NCBI GenBank assembly: GCA_963832165.1
Contig: CAWHTE010000011.1
Span: 544,001 to 608,000, forward strand
Length of the DNA: 64,000 nucleotides
Source of the DNA: an uncultured delta proteobacterium
Lineage (GTDB): Bacteria > Myxococcota_A > UBA9160 > SMWR01
Reading direction: 5' to 3'
The translations under genes were made by a program, and so were the position numbers. Positions 1 through 9,517 of the stretch are shown one piece after another. The notes under the pieces are model-generated. The model had not been told where the DNA came from. It saw only the letters and a program-made list of their open reading frames with translations, and searched no databases. Position 1 is the stretch's first letter, and the number at the start of each line of letters is the position of its first letter.

Positions 1-772
1 CCCTTCCGGGTTGCTCAGCGCCAGAACGGGGACCACGTACCAGAGCGCCTGCGTCGCGACCAGCATCCACGCCGGCAGCCGATCCGCGAAGGAGCCCTGT
101 CCGGCGCAGCCGCCGCGCGGCCGCCACGAGACAGATGATGTAGGCGACCGCGGTGATCGCGATCAGCAGCAGGGGCAGGGGAATGTCGAGCGCGAGCAGT
201 CTCGGCGCACCAGCCATATCTACCGTTGGCGGTGTCACGCTGTACTGGCCCGCGCGTGTGTGGATCGCGAGAATCGCGAGCACCGCCGACAGCGTGAACG
301 AGAGCGACAGCAGCCGTTTCGCGGCGGCGTCAACCTCGACGCCGCGCCGGCGCAGGAACATCAGCGCGATGCCGTAGTTCTGGCCGGCAAAGTGGTACGG
401 GCTCCACGTGAGGTAGAACGTGATCAGGATCGAGGCCACCCACCAGCTGTGGGAGCCGACGGCGAGCGCGAGGACCAGGGCGAGCGTCGCATGGAGCGTG
501 AACCACCGGTACTTTGCGCGATCGGTGGGGTTGGCGTACGCGCGCAGAATGGTCGCGCCATAGTGCGGGGCGTTGATCAGCAAGGCCATCGCGGTGACCG
601 CGCCGAGCGGCCAGGCTCGAACATCGTTCGCGAGTGCGTAGATCAGCAGCACCGGGAGGAGCGCGATGTATCCGAGACCGCAGCCGACCCACAGGTCCAG
701 CCCGCGCCCAAACAACCAGCGGTCAGACCGAGCAGCAACAGGAGCCGTGCCAGTAGAGTAAGCGGGTTGCAA
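1..772 (-). CDS. Polytopic membrane hypothetical protein, runs off the left edge; probable indel near 90-130
   Basis: Hand translation (not in ORF track) from TTG at 772: WLFGRGLDLWVGCGLGYIALL...NAPHYGATILRAY...TWSPYHFAGQNYGIALMFLRRRG; several hydrophobic segments. Confidence 0.7.
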   Translation of the reverse strand, partial: MQPAYSTGTAPVAARSDRWLFGRGLDLWVGCGLGYIALLPVLLIYALANDVRAWPLGAVTAMALLINAPHYGATILRAYANPTDRAKYRWFTLHATLALVLALAVGSHSWWVASILITFYLTWSPYHFAGQNYGIALMFLRRRGVEVDAAAKRLLSLSFTLSAVLAILAIHTRAGQYSVTPPTVDMAGAPRLLALDIPLPLLLIAITAVAYIICLVAAARRLRRTGLLRGSAAGVDAGRDAGALVRGPRSGAEQPGR

Positions 773-982
773 AGCAGCTCAATTCTATCGTAGGCGGCAG
801 ACCCCGAGTTGAACCGGACCTGGGTCCCGGCCGAGCGATCGCCCGCGAGTGCCCGCAGCTCGCCCGCCGAGAGCGGGCAGCTGGGAGCACGAGAACACGA
901 TCAGCGAGAAGCTGAAAGTGGCTCTCGGCTGACGGAGCGGATTCTCGCCGCGCTAGCTCCAGGCGTTCGTCACGCCGTCCCG

Positions 983-1480
983 CTAGCGCTGACCCTCGCG
1001 CAGTCCGCTGGCTTCCCACTCGCGCGAGAGCTGCTCGAGCTTGCGCGAGAACTCGTCGAACGACTCGTCGAACGACAGGATGATCTCGGTGGTGCGCGGG
1101 ATGTCGTCGCCGTTGAGCAGGCCGCGGTAGCGGTTCAGGTTGGCGAGGATTGCTTCGGCCACCTTGAGGGCTCGCTTCTCCGTCTTGATCAGGGGCGATT
1201 GCAGCGTGTAGACGTTGTTTCGACCCCAGAGGCTCTCATCGCGGACGATCGCGATCTCGCGGTACACGCTGTTGATCGGATCGAAATTGTACTCGACACG
1301 GACCTCCTTGAAGATGTCCGTGTTGCCCGTGTAGAACCCGCGCTCCTTCTCGACCTTGCCGAGCTGACGGCAGCGCGGGCAATAGAAGGTGTCGCCGTGG
1401 TTCAAGAGGAAGACGCCCTTGGCGTAGTCCTCGCAGTCCGTGTTCTCGCAGTACCCGACGCCTCGTTTCATGCTCGCCAT
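983..1480 (-). CDS. Hypothetical protein with N-terminal zinc-ribbon-like Cys motif
   Basis: 165 aa ORF with normal globular composition, CENTDC...CPRC, GC3-rich codons, GAGG upstream. Confidence 0.8.
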   Translation of the reverse strand: MASMKRGVGYCENTDCEDYAKGVFLLNHGDTFYCPRCRQLGKVEKERGFYTGNTDIFKEVRVEYNFDPINSVYREIAIVRDESLWGRNNVYTLQSPLIKTEKRALKVAEAILANLNRYRGLLNGDDIPRTTEIILSFDESFDEFSRKLEQLSREWEASGLREGQR

Positions 1481-1871
1481 CCTCGCCTCGGGTGCCTCCC
1501 GGGCCCTATTGCCTTTCGAACACCCCGACCCCCGGGCCGGATTGGGGGAAGGGTCGTTTCAAGGCTCGTGCCGAAGCCGGCGGCTGTGCCTCGGTATCGC
1601 GCTGAACTAGAGGCGGCGGAACCCTTTGGGTCACACCCCTGCGCGGGAGTTGCGTGCGGATCCAGCGGTGGCCGAGAGCGAGCTAGGAAGCCACCTGACG
1701 CAAGTGGGAAGTGTTCTACCGCGAGTCGCGGCCCCTAGGGCCTGGGCGCGAAGTTTTTTTCGCAGTGGGCACACGCTTCCCCTCAGGGGGTTGGGGTTGC
1801 GGTCGCCTCCATAGTCGATGCCGGGGGTAAACCGTGCCGTGCTCGAGACAACGAGCCCAACACCAAGCTAG

Positions 1872-1907
1872 TGGTTATTACTTCCGGAGACCCCGGATTG
1901 TCAACCA
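1872..1907 (-). promoter_or_regulatory. Putative sigma70 promoter (perfect TTGACA) inside an imperfect palindrome
   Basis: Minus strand TGGTTGACAATCCGGGGTCTCCGGAAGTAATAACCA; TGGTT/AACCA and TCCGG/CCGGA arms; weak -10 element. Confidence 0.4.
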
Positions 1908-1961
1908 TGATTTGGCCCGATCCGTGTGTAGTTGCTTTGCCGATGCCGGGTAGGGCGCGGG

Positions 1962-2630
1962 TCACTCGTCGAGTACGTATTCGAAGCCCACGAAGCCCAG
2001 GATCAGGTAGGCCGCATCGGTCACGATCAGGAGCTGGATCGGCTCGAAAGGCACGGTGGGAGCCCCCGCCAGGAGCGCCCCGGTCGCGCGTACGGCCCCT
2101 GAAATCACGGGTACGAGCAGCGGCAGCAGCAGGAGCGGCAGCATCACCTCGCGGAAGCGGGTGCGGACTGCGATCGCCCCGAACAGCGTGCCCGCGCTGC
2201 ACAAGCCGATCGATCCGAGCGCGATCACGCCCGCGAGCGGCAGCGCCACCGGACGCCAGTCGGCGTTGAAGAAGAGCGCGAAGATCACCGCGACAAGTGC
2301 CTGTACTACCCCGAGGATCAGGAGATTCGCTGCGGCCTTGCCCAGGAACACCCAGCCGCGGTCGGCCGGCGCGAGCGCGAGCGCGGAGAGCGCGTCGTTC
2401 TCGAGCTCGAGCGCGAAGGCGCGCCCGAGCCCCAGCAGCGCCGCGAACACGTAGGTGATCCAGAGCAGCGCGGGCACCAGCGCGTGCGAGCGTTCGCTCG
2501 CGCCCTCGGGTAGCGCGAACTGGAACACGGCCACGACGAGCATCGCGAACAGGCCCATCGCGACCGCGCGGTCTCGGCTGCGCCACTCCGTGACGAGATC
2601 CTTCCAGAGGATCGCGAAGAAGACGTTCAC
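1962..2630 (-). CDS. ccmB: Heme exporter permease CcmB
   Basis: AILWKDLVTEWRSR, GLGRAFALELENDAL, REVMLPLLLLPLLVPV motifs; overlaps ccmA. Confidence 0.93.
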   Translation of the reverse strand: MNVFFAILWKDLVTEWRSRDRAVAMGLFAMLVVAVFQFALPEGASERSHALVPALLWITYVFAALLGLGRAFALELENDALSALALAPADRGWVFLGKAAANLLILGVVQALVAVIFALFFNADWRPVALPLAGVIALGSIGLCSAGTLFGAIAVRTRFREVMLPLLLLPLLVPVISGAVRATGALLAGAPTVPFEPIQLLIVTDAAYLILGFVGFEYVLDE

Positions 2631-3340
2631 GCGGCGCGCTCCGGCCGCTCGAGCGCGTCCGCGAGGGCCCGCTCGAGCTCGTCGCCGTGTGCGCCGATCG
2701 GGCCGCGCCAGACCCCACGGCCCGCGGACAACACGAGCGCCTCGTCCGCGAGCTCGCGCACGTGCTCGAGCGTGTGGGTCACGAGTACCGACGTGTGGCC
2801 GTGCGCGCGCAGCTCGGCCAGGCGCGCGGCGAGGCGCTGCGCGGCGCCGCGGTCGAGCCCCGTGAAGGGCTCGTCGAGCAGCACGAGCGCGGGCGCGTGG
2901 ATCAGCGCGCGCGCGATCGCTGCGCGCTGCGCCTGGCCGCGCGAGAGGTCGCCTGCGCGCCGATCCGCGATCGCCTCGAGGCCCTCGCTCGCGATCTGGG
3001 CGGCCGCGCGCTCGCGCGGCGCGGCGACCCCGTACAGACGCCCCGCGAAGATCAGGTTCTCGCGCACGGTGAGGGTCGGCGAGAGCAGCGTCGCGTGGCC
3101 GAGATAGCCGAGTGCGGCGCGCGCGCGGCGGTCGGTCGGGGGCCTGCCGTCGATCTCGATCCGGCCCGCACTGGGGCGCGCGAGCCCCGCGAGCAGGCGC
3201 AGCAGCGTGGACTTGCCCGCGCCGTTCGGTCCGACCACGGCGAGGCTCGCGCCCGCGGCGAGGTCGAGGTCGAGTCCTTCGAGCGCGGGCGCTCCCGCGA
3301 AGCGCTTCGTGACGCTGCGCGCGGCGATCGCGGCGCCCAT
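2627..3340 (-). CDS. ccmA: Heme exporter ATP-binding protein CcmA
   Basis: GPNGAGKSTLL, YLGHA, LSRGQAQR, LLDEPFTGLD; ATG at 3340. Confidence 0.92.
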   Translation of the reverse strand: MGAAIAARSVTKRFAGAPALEGLDLDLAAGASLAVVGPNGAGKSTLLRLLAGLARPSAGRIEIDGRPPTDRRARAALGYLGHATLLSPTLTVRENLIFAGRLYGVAAPRERAAAQIASEGLEAIADRRAGDLSRGQAQRAAIARALIHAPALVLLDEPFTGLDRGAAQRLAARLAELRAHGHTSVLVTHTLEHVRELADEALVLSAGRGVWRGPIGAHGDELERALADALERPERAA

Positions 3341-3368
3341 CACTGATGGTTTCGCTCGCCTGCGGCGC

Positions 3369-5136
3369 TCAGAGCTTCCTCCCGCACTGCGCGCAGAACA
3401 CGTCGCTCGCTCGCAGCGCCGCTCCGCATGCGGCGCAGAACGACGGCGTCGCGCTTCACCTCGGGCGTCCGCGGTGTGTCGAGCAGGAGCTCCGCGGCGC
3501 GCGCGCGCAGCGCGGTGCGCATCGCGGCGTGGTCCTCGGGCGAGACCTTCCCGGTCTCGAGATCCTCGTCGAGCACCTCGAGCGAGCTCAGGATCGCATT
3601 GCGCTCGATCGTGGCGACCTCCGCCTCGGCGGACACGCGCGGTTCGCCCGCGCGGTTGCGCAGCGGCGCGAGCAGGAAGCCGAACGCGGCGAGACCCGCG
3701 AGCAGCGCAAAGCCCGCGCCCGCGGCGCGGCCGCCCGCTGCGACGGGCGGGGTGCGGCGCAGTCCGAGCTCGATCACCTCGCCGGGTGCAATCGTGAACG
3801 CCTCGAGGTGCAGATAGTTGCGATCGGAGACGCGCGCGCTCTTGCGCCGGTGCAGGCGCGTCGTGTCGGTGATCACGCCGTTGTCGGCCACGAGCACCGA
3901 GAGAATCGGCAGATCGCGGTCGAAGCTCTGCTCGAGCTTCACACCTGCGCTCGTGGCGGGCAGTCGGTACGAGACCGCGAGCTGCGAGACGCCGAGCGGC
4001 AGCGGGCCGTGGATCGCGAGGTCGCCCGAGGGATCGCGGCGCAGCCCGGCTTCGAACATCTCGGACGAGAAGCGCAGCTCGCCGGCGTCGGGCGGCAGCG
4101 GCAGGCACACGAGCGGAGCGGCGGTCGAGACGAGCGGAGCGTTGTCTCCTCCTTCCGCGACCACCTCGATCCGCGCGTCGACCTCGAGCGAGGCGTCGTC
4201 GAGCTCGAGCCAGAGCTCCGCGCGCGTGGTGCGCACGCTGTGCCAGCGGAACCGTCTTCAGATCGACCGCGAGCGCGAGCGATCCGCCCGCGGCGATCGG
4301 CGTGCCGCGCAGGACCGCGTAGCGCTGACCCTCGATCGCGCGCTCGGGCGCGCTGCGCAGCGCGTCGGAGGCCACCGAGAGCACCTGCGCGGGCGCGAGC
4401 ACGCTCACGGGCGGCGCTCCGGACGGGAATCCGACCGCGAACGAGGACGTCGCGAGCGGGAGTCCGTAGCCGAACTCGATCGACTGCTCGCCCGGATGGA
4501 GCGGTCCGAAGAAGCGCACGCGGCGTCCGTCGCGCACGAGCCCGTCGCCGCCCGCGATCGCCTCGAATCCGTCCGCTTCCGCGGGCAGCTCCACCTCGAA
4601 GATCGGGGCCGCGCTCGCGCGCTGCGACTCGGGGACGAACACCACGCGATCGCCGCGGTTGGTGATCTCGTGCCGGTGGAGCACGCGCAGGTGCGTGCAG
4701 CCGCGCTCGACGCGGATCTCGAGCTCGCCCGCGGCAGCGCGGCTCGCATCCGCGGTCGGATCGGAGATCGCGAGCTCGACGCGGTGCTCGCGCTTGCCGG
4801 CCGCGAAGCTGAAGCGCGTGCCGAACGGCACGTCGCCCACGCGCGCGCCCACGAGGTAGACCACGTCGGGCGCGTTCGAGACGCCCTCGAAGCGGAAGCG
4901 CCCGTCGGCGTCGGTGCGGCCCACGCGCAGGCCCGCGCTGCCGTCCCCGGAGCGCGCGTAGAGCAGCATGTCGATCTGCGCGGCCGCGGCCGGCCGCGTC
5001 GCGTGCACGAGGCGGCCCGTCACGACCGCGGGGCCGGCCGGAACGTCGGGGTGGCCCTGCTGCGCCTGCGCGAGCGCGGCCGCCGCGACGAACAGCAGGA
5101 GCGCCGCGGCCGCGAGCGCCGCGAATGCACGCGCGT

Positions 5137-5140
<4 letters not shown>
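3369..5140 (-). CDS. Ccm-associated exported/membrane protein: signal peptide, carboxypeptidase-regulatory-like beta domain, TM helix, CcmI-like helical motif, C-terminal double zinc ribbon; two apparent indels (~4240, ~3455)
   Basis: GRTDADGRFRFEGV; LEVLDEDLETGKVSPEDHAAMR after the TM; shifted frame gives FCAACGAALRASDVFCAQCGRKL*. Confidence 0.7.
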
Positions 5141-7090
<1,950 letters not shown>

Positions 7091-7117
7091 GCGTTCCTCG
7101 CTGAGCCGTGCGCTCGG

Positions 7118-7585
7118 CTAGCTGTTCTTCGCGGGCAGATCCGGCGCCGATCCCGGCGCCTGGCCCTCGAATTTGGACGGGCACTTCGCCATCACCTTGT
7201 CGGCGTGGAAGCGCGCGTGTGACCCATCCTGGAAGAGGCGCCCCTCGAGCACCACCTCGGCGCCCTCCTTGAACAGGTCCGGGGTCTCCAGGCTCGCGAA
7301 CAGCACGGGCATCGCCGCGCCGGCGCTGCCGCCCGCGTGCGGCGGCGTGCTCTGCACCGCGAAGCGCACGCTGCGCGCGGCCACGTCGCGCTCGATCGAT
7401 CCGGTCGCCACGTAGCCGTGCACGCGCGCGTGGCGCCCGGAGCTCGCGTCGGGCGAGCTCACGAACTCGTCGAGCGTCTGGTAGTAGGCGAACGTCGCGC
7501 CTTCCTCGAAGTTGGTGGCCGCGTACCAGCCCAGCAGCAGCGCGATCAGCGTCGCGCCGGCGGCCACCTGAAAACCCTTCGACAT
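7118..7585 (-). CDS. ccmE: Heme chaperone CcmE, Cys-type
   Basis: N-terminal TM, RVHGYV, PDLFKEGAEVVLEG, MAKCPSKF. Confidence 0.92.
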   Translation of the reverse strand: MSKGFQVAAGATLIALLLGWYAATNFEEGATFAYYQTLDEFVSSPDASSGRHARVHGYVATGSIERDVAARSVRFAVQSTPPHAGGSAGAAMPVLFASLETPDLFKEGAEVVLEGRLFQDGSHARFHADKVMAKCPSKFEGQAPGSAPDLPAKNS

Positions 7586-7618
7586 GGCCGCAGGTTATCC
7601 AATGGGCTACCCGGAGGC

Positions 7619-8773
7619 ATGTCCAGGCCGCCCGCGGCGCGCATCGCCCTGATCGAGCCGTTTCTCGCCATGGAGGTGATGGAGCGCGCGTTCGCGATCG
7701 AGCGCGCGGGCGGGAAGGTGCTGCACCTCGAGATCGGCGAGCCCGATTTCGCGCCGCCGCCCGAAGCGGTCGAGGCGTGCGCGGCTGCGCTGCACGCGGG
7801 CGAGACCCGCTACACCGACAGCCGCGGCCTGATCGAGCTGCGCGAGGCGATCGCGGCCGACCTCGCGCGCCGCTTCGCGGTGCGGGTCGATCCCGAGCGC
7901 GTGATCGTGACGAGCGGTACCTCGCCCGCGATGCTGCTCGTGTTCTCGCTGCTCGTCGATCCCGGCGACGAGGTCGTGATCGGCACGCCGCACTACCCGT
8001 GCTACCCGAGCTTCGTGCACGCGTGCGGCGGCGTGCCCGTGTTCGTACCCACCGATCCCGCGCGCGGCTATCCGCTCGACCCCGACGCCGTGCGCGCGGC
8101 GGTGACGCCGCGCACGCGCGCGATCGTGGTCGGCTCGCCCGCGAACCCGACCGGCGCCGTGCAGAGCGCAGAGACGATGCGCGCGATCGCGGCGATCGGC
8201 CCGCCGCTCGTCTCCGACGAGATCTACGACGGGCTCGTCTACGGTGCGGCGCGCGTGACGTCGGCGCTCGAGGTGAGCGACGGCGCCTTCGTGCTCGACG
8301 GCTTCTCGAAGCGCTATGCGATGACGGGCTTCCGGCTCGGCTGGCTGGTCGCGCCACGCGAGAGCGTCCGGTCGCTGCAGATCCTGTCGCAGAATCTGTA
8401 CATCTCCGCGAACCGCTTCGTGCAGCGCGCGGGGATCGCCGCGCTCGCGCACGGCGAACGCACCGTGCGCGCGATGCGCGATGCCTACGCGCGGCGCCGC
8501 GACCGCATGGTGGCGGGCCTGCGCGCGCTCGGCTTCGGCGTGCCGCACGTGCCCGACGGCGCGTTCTATGTCTTCGCGGACGCGCGCGCGTTCGGGAGCG
8601 ATTCACGCAAGCTCGCGTTCGAGCTGCTCGAGCGCGCGCACGTGGGCACGACGCCCGGAATCGACTTCGGCGCCGCGGGCGAGGGCTGGCTGCGCTTCTC
8701 GTACTCGGCGTCCGACGCCACGATCGAGGAGGCGCTCGCGCGGCTCGCCGACGCGCTGCCGGCGCGGCGATGA
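7619..8773 (+). CDS. PLP-dependent class I/II (aspartate-like) aminotransferase
   Basis: HLEIGEPDF, GSPANPTG, SDEIY, DGFSKRYAMTGFRLG; GGAGG RBS. Confidence 0.93.
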   Translation: MSRPPAARIALIEPFLAMEVMERAFAIERAGGKVLHLEIGEPDFAPPPEAVEACAAALHAGETRYTDSRGLIELREAIAADLARRFAVRVDPERVIVTSGTSPAMLLVFSLLVDPGDEVVIGTPHYPCYPSFVHACGGVPVFVPTDPARGYPLDPDAVRAAVTPRTRAIVVGSPANPTGAVQSAETMRAIAAIGPPLVSDEIYDGLVYGAARVTSALEVSDGAFVLDGFSKRYAMTGFRLGWLVAPRESVRSLQILSQNLYISANRFVQRAGIAALAHGERTVRAMRDAYARRRDRMVAGLRALGFGVPHVPDGAFYVFADARAFGSDSRKLAFELLERAHVGTTPGIDFGAAGEGWLRFSYSASDATIEEALARLADALPARR

Positions 8774-9378
8774 CGCGGCGCGCGCCGCCGAAGATCACGG
8801 TCGCGGAGCTGCTCACGAGCGCCGCGAGCGCCGACGGGCTTCCCCGCGCCGGGTCCGCCCGAGATCGCGTTCCTGGGCCGCTCGAACGTCGGCAAGTCCA
8901 GTCTCTTGAACGCGCTGGTCGGGCGCCGCGCGCTCGCGCGCACCTCGGCGAACGCCCGGCAAGACGCGCCTGCTTGAACTGGTTCCGCGTCGTGCGCGGC
9001 GGGCGCGAGCTCTGGCTCGTCGATCTGCCCGGCTATGGCTATGCGAAGGTCGCGAAGAGCGAGCGCGCGGAGTGGAAGGGCTGGATCGAGGCCTATCTCG
9101 ATCGCCGACCGACCCTGCGCCTCGCGGTGTTGCTCCAGGACCTGCGCCGCGATCCCGGAGAAGACGAGACGCTCCTGCTGCAATGGCTCGCCGAGCGCGA
9201 CGTGCCGACGCTCGTCGCGCTGACCAAGTGCGACAAGGAGAAGCCGATGCGCCGCGCGGAGCGCGTGCGCGTGCTAGGCAAGGCCCCCGAGCTGCCGGCA
9301 GGGCAGATCCTCGCGACCTCGGCCGAGACCCGGCTCGGGATTCCCGAGCTCTGGGCGGCGATCGATCGAAGCGTCTAA
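8770..9378 (+). CDS. engB: Ribosome biogenesis GTPase YihA/EngB (compensating indels ~8845-8975)
   Basis: Shifted frame [35 protein letters not shown]. Confidence 0.9.
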   Translation: MTRRAPPKITVAELLTSAASADGLPRAGSARDRVPGPLERRQVQSLERAGRAPRARAHLGERPARRACLNWFRVVRGGRELWLVDLPGYGYAKVAKSERAEWKGWIEAYLDRRPTLRLAVLLQDLRRDPGEDETLLLQWLAERDVPTLVALTKCDKEKPMRRAERVRVLGKAPELPAGQILATSAETRLGIPELWAAIDRSV

Positions 9379-9517
9379 CAGCGGCTTTGCTCTCGCGCTC
9401 CCTGCGCTCGGCTTCGGCACGCGAGGTCGTGAGTGCTTCGAATCATCTATACCGGGCGGGAGCTCTTCGAATTAGGTTCTGCTCGCGTGACGGGCGCACC
9501 GTCGAGGCGGAACTCTG

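Noticed and set aside
1600..1720. Possible cobalamin or c-di-GMP riboswitch fragments (GCCAC..GGGAAG; GACCCAAAG)
   Set aside because: Core conserved elements missing; the cobalamin-like fragment points toward a convergent gene end
8845..8975. Programmed frameshifting or pseudogenisation in engB and other genes
   Set aside because: No slippery motifs, multiple compensating single-base insertions, normally essential genes; assembly error is more parsimonious
9385..9430. Additional repeat copy marking an insertion boundary of the Rox gene
   Set aside because: Only a degenerate match with a broken stem; no target duplication, integrase or obvious compositional shift
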